A program made the position numbers and the translations under genes. Below are positions 18,526 through 28,842 of a stretch of DNA of 61,310 bases, in pieces. The DNA lies in IMG/VR virus record IMGVR_UViG_3300009506_001467, positions 1-61,310 of that record; one strand, 5' to 3'. Origin of the DNA: a virus. Its lineage: Duplodnaviria > Caudoviricetes. Within the stretch, counting starts at the first letter, position 1. Every line of letters starts with the position of its first letter. The notes beneath the pieces were generated by a model. It did not search any database and was not told the DNA's origin. It saw nothing but the letters and a program-made list of their open reading frames with translations.

Positions 18526-19045
18526 AGGGGACGCTCTCGCTCATCTCGATCCTCAGAACTACCTGAGAGAGATCGCAGCGGAGACTAGAGACGTTGTAGT
18601 GCCAGAGGTCATGAATGAGCTGGACAAGTGGCAAGAGGACTGGGATCACAAGACAGACTTTGGCTCTCGAGTCTCTGCTCGCGGTGATGAGATCGTGACA
18701 TACATCTGGCCCAAGGGACCAAACGCCAAGTACTGGACGTGGACGTCTCGAGGAACGCCGAGACATGACATCCCAGTGGGCTCAAAGGGCTTTCTTGCTT
18801 TTCCCTGGGATGGGGTGCGGGGCAACTATAACCCGAACCCAAAAACGCTGCCGCAGGGCGCGGTAGTGGGCAGCGGCCCAGTGGACTGGGTGTACACACA
18901 GAAAACAGTAGATCACCCTGGTACGACTCCCCGGCTCTTTGAGGAGCGCACCATGAAGGCGTACAAAGGCACATACAAGAAACATGTCCGGCTGGCGATC
19001 GAGACGGTGAGAGATCGAAAGGTGAGACAATGGCAAAGCGCATAG
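18497..19045 (+). CDS. Neck/tail-completion protein (HK97 gp10-like)
   Basis: Basic protein with GTPRHDI...LAF...VDHPGT.PR.F motif. Confidence 0.6.
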   Translation: MRVAVKRVSKGDALAHLDPQNYLREIAAETRDVVVPEVMNELDKWQEDWDHKTDFGSRVSARGDEIVTYIWPKGPNAKYWTWTSRGTPRHDIPVGSKGFLAFPWDGVRGNYNPNPKTLPQGAVVGSGPVDWVYTQKTVDHPGTTPRLFEERTMKAYKGTYKKHVRLAIETVRDRKVRQWQSA

Positions 19046-19368
19046 TGATCAAGGTTCTCAAGATGAGCGGGGACTCTGCTTTGATCGAGTACGAGCAGAA
19101 AGGAAAGATCAAGCGGGCCTATCTGCCCATCTCTGACATACAGGACGATCGGGTCGATCCAGAGGCTCTCGATCTCGCGATCCCTTATGGCGTACCCTGG
19201 GCGGCGCTGCTTGATCTCTCTGACCTCACTCCAGAGAGAGTTGAGCTCGAGCTGCACAAGTATGGCATTTGGACTCTGCAAGATCTAGAGAACAAAGATC
19301 GCATCCTGATCCGAATTGGGACAGATCTCATAACAAAGGCTGTACGGGCAGCCTCAGAGAAAGGATAG
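19030..19368 (+). CDS. Hypothetical tail-region protein
   Basis: Overlapping ORF in the structural operon. Confidence 0.6.
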   Translation: MAKRIVIKVLKMSGDSALIEYEQKGKIKRAYLPISDIQDDRVDPEALDLAIPYGVPWAALLDLSDLTPERVELELHKYGIWTLQDLENKDRILIRIGTDLITKAVRAASEKG

Positions 19369-19374
19369 ACAACC

Positions 19375-20958
19375 ATGAGTGAGTACTTTGATGAGTTTGA
19401 GGGTGTTATCTGGGTGCAGCCCAACGGCCCGAATACCGAACCTGTGCCGTTGCTCTGTGCAACGATCGACGGGCTCGATCAGCCCCTTGGAGACGTTACC
19501 CGGCGTTTCTGCCGTACCGGGTCGGGCGGCATCCGAAGGGCCAAGACGTTGCAGGCAACCCCCGGCTCGATCACCGGGGACATCATGCTCTGGAAGTCCA
19601 GAACGCGCAACGTCCTACAGTATATGGTGGAGAACAGAGCAAACGGCGGGGTCTGTCCCGGCGCTCTCTACATCCACCACGGGCTCTGCGGTCGGGATGA
19701 TGTGTTCTTGAACTTTATTACCACGCAAGTGGTCATGGACCTGATCCTGACCAACAAGTCAAGCGGCAATCTCGCTCGCGGGCAGCGAGAGGAGAACGAT
19801 ACTCCCGAGATGGTCGGGCAGACCTACTCGGCATCTGCCGATCCGTTCTCGCCAGAGATCTATGCGGAGCTGCTCAACACCTACCTCGCATGCGTCGCAG
19901 AGGACGAGCCGTTTCGCGCTCTGGCGATCTGCTCTGAAACAGTCTGCCAGAGCTCTGCTTGCGGCACATACGCATCTCGCTGTGATGAGGTGCACGTCGC
20001 TGCCGATGCTGCGGGCGCAGCGATCGCGGATGGGTACGTCTCTGCCGACGCTCTGAGCTCTTGTGCAGCGTGGGCCGCGCAGCCCTTTGCCGCCGATGAG
20101 CACATCTCTGCTCTCGCCTGTTTCAAGGAGGGACCGACCACAGAGGTCTTGATCGCTGCTCGAGGCACCACAGACGGAGCGAACCCAGCAGAGATCGCTC
20201 GTTCCATCGACGGTGGCGCAACGTGGACCGCTTATGATGTTGGCTCTACCAACGGCGAGTTTGTTGAGCACTCGCAAGCTCTCTTTGCGCTCGATCATCG
20301 CCACATCTGGCTTGCAACCGATCTCGCCAACATATACTTCTCCAAGGACGGTGGGCGCACCTGGACCGATCAGAACGCACCAACCCCCGGTGCATCTGAG
20401 GGACTGTTCGGCATTCACTTTGTTGACGAGAACTATGGAATGGCGGTCGGCGGGTTCCGCACGACTCCCACGGGACTGTTCTTGCAGACCACGGACGGCG
20501 GCGAGCACTGGAACCTCATGGCGACCGAGCCAGAGGTAGAGCGTGGAAACTGGGTGCAAGTGCTTGATGGTTCTCGAGCGTGGGTCGGCATGGACGATGG
20601 CACGATCTGGTATACTCTAAACTGGGGCACGACCTGGACGCAGCGTGTCCTTCCAGAGACTCTGATCAACACCGGGGTCGGCGTATTCTACAATGAGTAT
20701 ATCGGCGCGGTTGCTGGCTACAAGACGGGCTCTGGAAACGGAATCCTTGTTGTCTATGTGACCCCCGATGGTGGCTGGTCGTGGGAGCAGTTCAACCCCA
20801 CAGAGGAGGGCGAGCTCAACGCGGCGGCGGCGTACTTTGGGATCAACGATCTCAAGTTCTGCGATCCTAACCATCTCATCGCCGCGACCGAGGCACTGAC
20901 AACGACCGGGGACTCGCTGATCTGGTCGATCATGCCAGCAGGGTGGACCGCATTCTAG
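19375..20958 (+). CDS. Probable major tail protein with a C-terminal Asp-box (BNR/YCF48-like) beta-propeller
   Basis: Directly upstream of the chaperone and TMP genes; Asp-boxes SIDGGATW, SKDGGRTW, TTDGGEHW, TLNWGTTW, TPDGGWSW. Confidence 0.65.
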   Translation: MSEYFDEFEGVIWVQPNGPNTEPVPLLCATIDGLDQPLGDVTRRFCRTGSGGIRRAKTLQATPGSITGDIMLWKSRTRNVLQYMVENRANGGVCPGALYIHHGLCGRDDVFLNFITTQVVMDLILTNKSSGNLARGQREENDTPEMVGQTYSASADPFSPEIYAELLNTYLACVAEDEPFRALAICSETVCQSSACGTYASRCDEVHVAADAAGAAIADGYVSADALSSCAAWAAQPFAADEHISALACFKEGPTTEVLIAARGTTDGANPAEIARSIDGGATWTAYDVGSTNGEFVEHSQALFALDHRHIWLATDLANIYFSKDGGRTWTDQNAPTPGASEGLFGIHFVDENYGMAVGGFRTTPTGLFLQTTDGGEHWNLMATEPEVERGNWVQVLDGSRAWVGMDDGTIWYTLNWGTTWTQRVLPETLINTGVGVFYNEYIGAVAGYKTGSGNGILVVYVTPDGGWSWEQFNPTEEGELNAAAAYFGINDLKFCDPNHLIAATEALTTTGDSLIWSIMPAGWTAF

Positions 20959-21076
20959 TCCATCGCAACTAGGTGCAACCGATCGGGGGTGTATCTGGTA
21001 TCACCCTCCCCGCCAGAACCCCCCGATCGTTGCCAATAACCTCGCGCTCAGAGCGCGAGGTCAGGGGAGGAATACT

Positions 21077-21700
21077 GTGCCAAAGCTCTACGCGGTCAAG
21101 GACGGGAAAGTTTACGTTACCACGTCCACAGGTACTACAGTACAGTGCTTGCCGTACTGGAACGAGGTTATGCTCGCCGGGTCCTCTCTTTCATTCCCAG
21201 ACAAGCCAGACGTTCCAACGTATGAGGTTGAGGATGCAGACGGTGACAAGTTCACTAGAGAGCATACTCAGGAGTCCATAGATGACTCAAAGACATCCGA
21301 CGCTGATCGTGAGCTCTGGGCGTCATATCTCGCAGAGCTCGAGCAGTACAATGAGCAAGTGAGAGAGCTCAACGCTCAGAAAGAACTCATGCGCACTCGG
21401 ATGATCGCTCTCAAGGCAACCCGTATTGTCCCAGAGCCCGATCTCGACCTGTGGGCCAGAGAGTCTCTCGAGCTCTATGGGCTCGAGATGCCAAGCGATC
21501 CGAGAGAGCGCAAGCTCATGTACTTTGCCTCAGAGGTTATCAAGGTAGAACTCGATGGAGCGGCGATCATGGCGGGCATTGCCAGGGCAAGCGGCATGAC
21601 CGAGGATCAGCTCGATTCCATCGAGGAGTTGTTTCCAGATCCGCTGGGGAGCGGCAGACGGACGGACGCTCAAGCAGATCAGGACGAGGCTGCAACGTAA
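21077..21700 (+). CDS. Tail assembly chaperone (gpG-like)
   Basis: Between tail protein and TMP; GGGGAGG RBS. Confidence 0.65.
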   Translation: MPKLYAVKDGKVYVTTSTGTTVQCLPYWNEVMLAGSSLSFPDKPDVPTYEVEDADGDKFTREHTQESIDDSKTSDADRELWASYLAELEQYNEQVRELNAQKELMRTRMIALKATRIVPEPDLDLWARESLELYGLEMPSDPRERKLMYFASEVIKVELDGAAIMAGIARASGMTEDQLDSIEELFPDPLGSGRRTDAQADQDEAAT

Positions 21701-21893
21701 GAACAGGTACCGCAAGCAGGGCTGGTGGATGTCTCTGTGGTGGAACGAGCTGGACACTATGATCGAGCTCGATCTACTGCAAGAATGGCAAGAGCTCTCT
21801 CCCGATCTGCGCACTGTACTGCTCGCTCGAGCTCGAGCAAAGGATACTATGAGAGCGTGGGAGGACTACATCTTGAATAGGAGAGCGCAATGA
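21633..21893 (+). CDS. Tail assembly chaperone gpT-like part (+1 frame extension)
   Basis: The +1 frame is open from about 21600 to TGA 21891-93, which overlaps the TMP ATG; translates FQIRWGAADG...WQELSPDLRTVLLARARAKDTMRAWE. Confidence 0.55.
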   Translation, partial: FQIRWGAADGRTLKQIRTRLQRKNRYRKQGWWMSLWWNELDTMIELDLLQEWQELSPDLRTVLLARARAKDTMRAWEDYILNRRAQ

Positions 21894-24682
21894 GCCAGCA
21901 ATTGCCACAGGACGGGGTGCGCCTTGTTGTGGAGGGTGTGTCTCAATTCATAGACAACATGAACAAGGCGGGTGTTGCTTGGGACAGGGTATCTGCCTCG
22001 TTCACGGATGCAAGCGGCAAGACCAGAACCTTAAGCGTCAGCACAGACAAGGTTGCCAGTTCTGTTGCAAAAGCGGGATCTGCGGCGAGCCAAGCCCTTA
22101 GCCCGTTTGATCAAATGATCAAGGGGTTCGGCCAGGGGGCGATCGGCGCGACCGGAATGAATGGCGCCTTGTCTGCCCTCTCTGGCGGTGTTGCGGGCGT
22201 CTCTGTCATGCTCGGTCAAGTGCTCGTTGCGGCGCTCAAGAAGGTTGGCGAGGCCCTCAAAACGATCTTTATAGATCTCCCCAAGGAAGCGGCCCCGCTC
22301 GAGGGCATCTCTGCTCAGTTCTCTACACTGACTCAAAACATCGAGGGCGGCTCCCGTAAAATGATGGCTGCGCTACAAGCGGGATCATCGGGTATGATCC
22401 CCATGCGCGATCTCATGACCCAGTTCAACAACGCCTCCGCTCTCGTGTCCGACCAGTTCGCTCAGAACCTACCGCAAGCACTGGGTCTCCTGGGGAAAGT
22501 CTCTGCCGCCACGGGCAAGGATATGAATTACCTCATGGAGTCTCTGGTCAACGGCGTTGGTCGTGTGACTCCTCTGGTCATTGATAACCTGACGGTTCAG
22601 GTCTCGCAAGCAGAGGCCACCGCCCGCGCCACGGAGATGTTCAACAAGCAAAAGGAGGCGCTCTCCAAGCTCGAGCAGCAAACCGCGCTCAACACTCTAG
22701 TGATGGAGAAACTAGAGGCCAAGTACGGCGCACTGCCTGACATCGGTGCGACAACCTCCGCGCAGCTCGCGGTCATGTCGGCGCACTTTCAGAACATCAA
22801 GGACATACTCGGGCAAGCAATGCTGCCCGCTTTCAATACTCTACTGACCACGCTCAATACTCTGGTGGGTACGATCTCGAGCATGCTCTCTGAGGGCGGC
22901 GAGCTCGAGCCCTGGCTGATCCGCATCGGGGCGCTGACGTCTCTATGGGCAGACGGTATAGCTATTCTGGGCGAGGCCCTTGGTCTCATAGCGCCCAAGG
23001 CGGCGGGCATGTACGACAACATTGCCAAGAGCGTATTTGGGATCATCGAGGACGCCCTCACATGGGGCGTTGAGCTGATCGCCCAGTTCGCAGCAGGAAT
23101 GGCAGAGGCAGCGAGCAGCATCCTGATCCAGGCACTTAACTTTATAGGCGGTATACTCGAGCAGTGGCTGCTGGGCGCATCGCCGCCCAAGATCGCGCCC
23201 GGCATCGAGCAATGGGGGATCAAGACCTTTGAGCGATACCTCACGGGCATGACTGAGGCAGACTTTGGCATACTCGAGGGCATCCAGAAGCCACTGCAAA
23301 AGATCCTCGAGGGTCCAGCTCTCGCCAACGTCTCCAAGATCATCTCAGGCGCCCTCGCTGGCGGCGATCGGGCTACGATCTTTGATACCGTCTCAAAGTC
23401 TGCCGGGATCTTTGGCAGTGCGATCAATAAAATGATCGGTCTGCAATTCGAGCTCGCGGACTCTACAAAAGCAGTAGAGGAGGCAGAGCTTGCTCTCGAG
23501 CAAGCACGCAACAAACTGCTCGGCCAGCAGGACGATGTGAACAAGGCCACCGTTGAGTACAACCGCTTGCTCAGAGAGGGCGCAGATCCAGCAGTTCTCA
23601 AGGAGAAACTGGCACAGATCAACGCAGCGGAGGAGGCCATGCGCCTGACTCAAGATCAGGTGCAGACCCAGGATGAGTTTATCTCGAGCGAGAAGCAGAG
23701 GATCGAGGGCATCAAGACAGAGGCAGAGCTGCAAAAGAAACTGGTGGATCAGCTCCTCGGGGTCAATGATGCGCTCCAAGTACAAGAGGAAAAAGGCAAG
23801 AAAGGCGCAGCGGGTGTCCCCACGATAGCCCCTGAGGTATCTGGCCTTACGGGCACGCTCGGCACGAGACTGGGCACAGCGATCGAGGGCATGAAAGAGA
23901 AGCTCAAGGAAAAGTTCAGAGACATCTTTGCTCCTCTGAGCGAGGCGTGGGACAAGATCGTGCTCAAGGTCGGGGACATCGGCACTGCCTGGGAAAAGTT
24001 CAAGGCCAAGGTCGGCTCTGTCTGGGATGATCTCAAGCTCAAGTACCCGGTGCTGCAAGACATCGAGGACCTGATCCAGAACCTCAAGACGTCGATCCCA
24101 GAGCTGGCAACAGAGCTTTCGGACAAGTTTCATAGTGCGTGGTCCAAGATCTGGGGCATTCTCTCAGGTCAAGAGGACGGGGGCATCCTAGGCGCACTGA
24201 CCGCAGTGTGGGATTTTCTCAAAGACTCATGGGGCACGATTATGGAGTCGGACGCAGCGAAAGCGATCAAGACCTTCACTACCGATGTGATCGAGAGACT
24301 CAAGACAGGCGTGGAGGGCATTGTAACCGCTGTGGGCAACATGATTGCAAAGATCGGGGAGCTCGCCCGCCTGCCGCTTGACAAGATCAGAGAGGCGCTC
24401 GGCTGGGGTATCGCAGAGTCGCCCGCGCCGCTTGCGCTTGGTCTGCAACAGATCAACAGAGAGCTTGTCAAGATGAGCGGATCGAGCTTGCCGAGTCTGG
24501 GGGGCTCTATGCGTATGATGCCCGCCATGGCTCCTGTGTCAAGCTCATCTATGACAACGAACAACAACAGTCCGATCCAGATCACTTTCTCTGGCCCGGT
24601 GACGATCGGCAGCACAAACGACATGCGCCAGTTTACGGCACAGCTCGAGCGCACTGTGCGCAATGTGATGGAGAGGCGATAA
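21890..24682 (+). CDS. Tape measure protein
   Basis: 930 aa, Ala/Gly/Leu-rich and helical, with spaced Trp/Phe repeats, a coiled-coil section and the typical NNNSPIQITF C-terminus. Confidence 0.88.
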   Translation: MSQQLPQDGVRLVVEGVSQFIDNMNKAGVAWDRVSASFTDASGKTRTLSVSTDKVASSVAKAGSAASQALSPFDQMIKGFGQGAIGATGMNGALSALSGGVAGVSVMLGQVLVAALKKVGEALKTIFIDLPKEAAPLEGISAQFSTLTQNIEGGSRKMMAALQAGSSGMIPMRDLMTQFNNASALVSDQFAQNLPQALGLLGKVSAATGKDMNYLMESLVNGVGRVTPLVIDNLTVQVSQAEATARATEMFNKQKEALSKLEQQTALNTLVMEKLEAKYGALPDIGATTSAQLAVMSAHFQNIKDILGQAMLPAFNTLLTTLNTLVGTISSMLSEGGELEPWLIRIGALTSLWADGIAILGEALGLIAPKAAGMYDNIAKSVFGIIEDALTWGVELIAQFAAGMAEAASSILIQALNFIGGILEQWLLGASPPKIAPGIEQWGIKTFERYLTGMTEADFGILEGIQKPLQKILEGPALANVSKIISGALAGGDRATIFDTVSKSAGIFGSAINKMIGLQFELADSTKAVEEAELALEQARNKLLGQQDDVNKATVEYNRLLREGADPAVLKEKLAQINAAEEAMRLTQDQVQTQDEFISSEKQRIEGIKTEAELQKKLVDQLLGVNDALQVQEEKGKKGAAGVPTIAPEVSGLTGTLGTRLGTAIEGMKEKLKEKFRDIFAPLSEAWDKIVLKVGDIGTAWEKFKAKVGSVWDDLKLKYPVLQDIEDLIQNLKTSIPELATELSDKFHSAWSKIWGILSGQEDGGILGALTAVWDFLKDSWGTIMESDAAKAIKTFTTDVIERLKTGVEGIVTAVGNMIAKIGELARLPLDKIREALGWGIAESPAPLALGLQQINRELVKMSGSSLPSLGGSMRMMPAMAPVSSSSMTTNNNSPIQITFSGPVTIGSTNDMRQFTAQLERTVRNVMERR

Positions 24683-27600
24683 TGAGCGAGGCAAGAAACT
24701 ATTACACGATGTTCTCCAAGTTTTTGATCACAAACGGAACGATCGAGGTCGATCTGCTCTCGCTCTCATCCACAACAGGCCTTCACCTTGTCACGTGGGA
24801 GCCGAGCATCGCCCAGCCAAAGAGCTCTAGTGTGTGGTCTGATCCCGCGCTCTCAGATGGCGGCGATCCACACACAGAGGCGCTCGCTAACGTCGAGGAG
24901 GCCATGACCTTTGACGTTGCAGCGTGGAACGATCCCGATCTCTACAAGATGGTACAGGATCTACGCTACCTTCTCAGAGAAGCAAAGCGATACTGGATGA
25001 CCGGGTATCAGGTAGACCCCGTGTGGATTGTGCGCCAGGGGATCTGTGAGGACAACCCCGGTTACTCGATGGTCAAGGCGGGGCTCACCCCGACAGATGA
25101 CGATCCGTTCCACGACCCGGTAGCGCCTGAGTTCGGCAGCGTTGCCTACATAGACTGGCCCATGACTCTGATCAGAGAGCCGCTCTGGCGAGACGTTGAG
25201 CCGGGGGATACAGAGTGCCTCCCCGCCTATGGTAGCAAGGAATACTGCTACCCCTGCCACGTGGAGTTCGATGGTGACTCGGGTGATATTACGATACCAG
25301 ACGTTGCTGCGGTTCAAGATCTTGCTGATAACGCGATGACTGTAGAAGCATGGGTCAGAGCAGATGGCTACGGCCTGGACAATGAGGGCTGGATCGCCGC
25401 AAAGTATAGCAGCACTGGCTGGTTGCTTATCCTGCATGGTACTGTGGGCCTTTGGGCACAAATAGAGTGCGCGGTCACTGATAGCTACGCCAGGTCATTC
25501 TCGCTTACTCCGGATGGGGAATGGCACCATGTCGCATTCACCTGGGATGATAGTTCATACAGGCATCCTAGATTGTGGGTGGATGGAAAAGAAGCAGATT
25601 ATGCGGATGTGCAGGAAAGAAGCGGTGCGATTGTCTCCGATGTTGGGAGTGTTCTAACGATTGGAGAGAGACTAACAGGAATCAACACCTGGGAAGGTGG
25701 AATCGGCTGGTCGCGCATCTCAGACATCGTGCGCTATGACCGGGACTTTACGCCTCCCTCACGGTGCCGCTTGCCAGAGGATGATGGTAACACGGTTGGC
25801 GCGTGGATTGGCTATGAATGCTCTGGTTCTACCATCGTGGACCACAACGACCCCACGGCTGGCACATTGGACGGAACCCTGACCAGTGGCACGTTCGATT
25901 GCGATTGCTGGACCCTTGCAGGGCAGATCGGGGATGAGGGAATCGGGTATCTTGAGTACCGCAACCTGGACACCGTCGCACAGGTGACGGACGATGCTGC
26001 ACTCCAAGACCTTGCCGACGCGGCGATGACCATTGACGGTTGGTTCAGGGCGCGCTTTGCAACATCCTCTGGAAACCTGCTCATTGAAAAGGGACAGGCA
26101 GGTGGAGCAGGCTGGCAGGTCTGGATCACTGCTAGCGGCTCACTACTCGTGCGCATTGAGTGCGCCGTTACGGATGCTGTGTCCTATGCGTCCGCGGCGA
26201 TTACCTGGGGTGAGTGGCAACATTGGGCCATCACCTGGGACGATGCATCGTACACGGTAGCACGGGTATGGATCAACGGGGTGGAGGACACAAACACGAG
26301 CACGGCACGCAACGGCGCGATTGTCTCGGATGTCGGACGAGACATGTACATCGGCGTGCGCCTCGGTTCTGCCAACGAGTTTGACGGGGATATCGGTTGG
26401 GTTCGCATCTCGGACGAGGTTCTCTGGACGTCAGACTTTGACGACGATCTACCCGAACGCTGCGAACTGCCCGTGGTCGATGCGAACACGATCTGGCTCG
26501 GCATACAGGAGGGTGAGGGTGTCGTGGCCTACGATCACAGCGGCAACGACAACCACGCCGCTCTCTCTGCGCTCAATTGGGGCAAGGACTGTTGCGGTGA
26601 CATCGCAAGTGTGGACGTCACAGAGATCAAGAACGCCTATGTGATCTGTGATGGCGCGGATACGATCATCACCTACACCGACGCCGCGCAGATCCAGGAC
26701 TTGCATGATGCGGCGATGACCGTGGAGGCTTGGATACGGGCCGACTCGGCGGGAGAGTCAAACCAGGGGCACATCATTGGCAAGGATGCAAATGAGACAC
26801 TGGGCTGGTTCGTTCGCATGACGGCAACGGGATTCTACGCCGAGATCGTGTGTGCTGTGGCTAGTGGGACGGTTGCAACAACCTTTGTGGCTGCTGGCGT
26901 CTCTTTCGGGGAGTGGCTGCATATCGCCGTCACCTGGGATGATGCTACATATAACTACCCGCGCCTGTGGATCAATGGAACAGAGTACTCAACGACAACG
27001 AACAACAGGAACGGTGCGGTGGCTACAGATGTTGGATCAGATCTCGTTGTCGCAAACCAGCAAGACCTTGCAGCGACCTTTGACGGGGACATCGGGTGGG
27101 TGCGTGTCTCTCCCTCTATCCTCTACACGGGTACGTTCACCCCTCCCGACCGATGCACGGCTTGGTGGGATCTAGTTCTGGGTGGTGTCGCACTGCTCAC
27201 GATCTTTGATGAGCATGGCGAGGTTGCCCTGGATTACACTCCCTACTACAACCACGGCATCATCGCGGATGGGGACTGGGGATCATCCTGTGCGGTCGAG
27301 CAGGACATCTCATGTGCCTACTCACTCGGGGCGAGCTTGCCAGCGGAAGTGTCGGCAACATGTCTAGAGATCAACTATGTGATCAACTCACACGTCCGAA
27401 GGCAGTTTACTCACATGTTCATTGCGGACTGGGCGGGTGGAGCAGTTTGGAACTATAGCGGAAACCTGATCGGAACAGAGGGAGAGATCATACTGCTCCC
27501 GGCTGCGCCAGCGGTCAACGATCGGATCTTTATAGGGATCGCGAGCGGCCACCCAGCAGCTCAGAGAATGGGAAACATTGTCTGGGATATTGCCACGCCA

Positions 27601-28842
27601 GCAGAGGACATAGACTTTGCTGTGAGAGTGCTGCAAACAGGTGGTGCCTCACAATCCGTGTACGCAACGTATCACAGGGACAACACATCGACCGATCCGA
27701 CCACGATCGTATCGCCCAAGGATGCGCTTTCGGTAGAGGGAATCAATGCTCTTGTGTGGACCGCTGGCGCTTGGGCAACCCCAGAGACGATCAACGGCAT
27801 TCTCGGTTACTGGCTGCGCTATGAGGTTGGGGCGCTGGGCGGCAGTCCCGTGGTCCCGATCGCTGCAAGTGCGCCCTATACGGTGACGTGGCCTTATGTG
27901 ACCGTACACACGGACGATCTCGGCGGTGATGAGCTCTTGCTGATCAAGGCGACTCTGCACAACCAGTCCGATCTTGACTATCAAGGGTATGGCTCAACGA
28001 CCAAGCTCCTTGTAGGCTCAAGAGAGCTTGATCGAGGAGAGGACTTTACAGCCTATCTGCTCTGTGGCTCAGAGGAGCTGCCCCCTGGACAGACCAACAC
28101 AGCGGGAACCAATGCTGCACTGAACACAAACGGCACAGGCGATCCAAACTCGCCCAAGTCCGAATGTCGCTATACTCCCGTGGCAACGCCCGAGGCGCTG
28201 GCAACTCGTCTCACGATCTCTCTAGACTCTACACTTGGTCCACAGTTTCATGGCAACTACCACTGTTATGCTCGTTTTGGTTCATTCAACGGCGGCACAT
28301 GGCAAAGCAGAATAGCAGTTCGGAATGGGAGCAGCGGCCAAGTACTCTACGGAGAAACTGTAACACACGGAAATGGCCTTCGGTTCGCAACCTTCGATCT
28401 AGGAAGCATTACCCTGGGAGAAGCAAACCCGGACACTGAGTTTGATCAGATCAACATATACTGGCAAGCGGGACGGGTGACAGGCGGCACATATCTCGAG
28501 CTCGTTGATCTGTTCATTCTGCCCGTGGACGAGTGCTCTGGGATCTTTGACATGCTGGGCACAAGTAGTTTCCTCACGCCCGACTATGCAGAGCTGGATA
28601 GTGCAACGTTTCCACGAGAGCAGATCATCGCAGTGGTGAGGGATGAGAACGATCTGCAAGTCGGCAGAATGCTCGCGAATGCCACGATCCTGGGCTTGCA
28701 GCCCAAGAGAACGCAGCGACTATGGTTTTTCTCATATGGCCTGGACGCGTCGAGCAACGAGCTCGCCTATCCCTACATCATGTACACGGTCGGGCTCGAG
28801 CGGGTGCAACGCTATTGGTCTATGCGGGGAGATGAGACATGA
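24682..28842 (+). CDS. Large tail protein with three LamG/concanavalin A-like domains
   Basis: Three repeats of QDL.D.AMT(V/I)(E/D).W.RA...W.H.A.TWDD...W(V/I)(D/N)G...G.IGW.R(I/V)S; follows the TMP. Confidence 0.8.
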   Translation: MSEARNYYTMFSKFLITNGTIEVDLLSLSSTTGLHLVTWEPSIAQPKSSSVWSDPALSDGGDPHTEALANVEEAMTFDVAAWNDPDLYKMVQDLRYLLREAKRYWMTGYQVDPVWIVRQGICEDNPGYSMVKAGLTPTDDDPFHDPVAPEFGSVAYIDWPMTLIREPLWRDVEPGDTECLPAYGSKEYCYPCHVEFDGDSGDITIPDVAAVQDLADNAMTVEAWVRADGYGLDNEGWIAAKYSSTGWLLILHGTVGLWAQIECAVTDSYARSFSLTPDGEWHHVAFTWDDSSYRHPRLWVDGKEADYADVQERSGAIVSDVGSVLTIGERLTGINTWEGGIGWSRISDIVRYDRDFTPPSRCRLPEDDGNTVGAWIGYECSGSTIVDHNDPTAGTLDGTLTSGTFDCDCWTLAGQIGDEGIGYLEYRNLDTVAQVTDDAALQDLADAAMTIDGWFRARFATSSGNLLIEKGQAGGAGWQVWITASGSLLVRIECAVTDAVSYASAAITWGEWQHWAITWDDASYTVARVWINGVEDTNTSTARNGAIVSDVGRDMYIGVRLGSANEFDGDIGWVRISDEVLWTSDFDDDLPERCELPVVDANTIWLGIQEGEGVVAYDHSGNDNHAALSALNWGKDCCGDIASVDVTEIKNAYVICDGADTIITYTDAAQIQDLHDAAMTVEAWIRADSAGESNQGHIIGKDANETLGWFVRMTATGFYAEIVCAVASGTVATTFVAAGVSFGEWLHIAVTWDDATYNYPRLWINGTEYSTTTNNRNGAVATDVGSDLVVANQQDLAATFDGDIGWVRVSPSILYTGTFTPPDRCTAWWDLVLGGVALLTIFDEHGEVALDYTPYYNHGIIADGDWGSSCAVEQDISCAYSLGASLPAEVSATCLEINYVINSHVRRQFTHMFIADWAGGAVWNYSGNLIGTEGEIILLPAAPAVNDRIFIGIASGHPAAQRMGNIVWDIATPAEDIDFAVRVLQTGGASQSVYATYHRDNTSTDPTTIVSPKDALSVEGINALVWTAGAWATPETINGILGYWLRYEVGALGGSPVVPIAASAPYTVTWPYVTVHTDDLGGDELLLIKATLHNQSDLDYQGYGSTTKLLVGSRELDRGEDFTAYLLCGSEELPPGQTNTAGTNAALNTNGTGDPNSPKSECRYTPVATPEALATRLTISLDSTLGPQFHGNYHCYARFGSFNGGTWQSRIAVRNGSSGQVLYGETVTHGNGLRFATFDLGSITLGEANPDTEFDQINIYWQAGRVTGGTYLELVDLFILPVDECSGIFDMLGTSSFLTPDYAELDSATFPREQIIAVVRDENDLQVGRMLANATILGLQPKRTQRLWFFSYGLDASSNELAYPYIMYTVGLERVQRYWSMRGDET

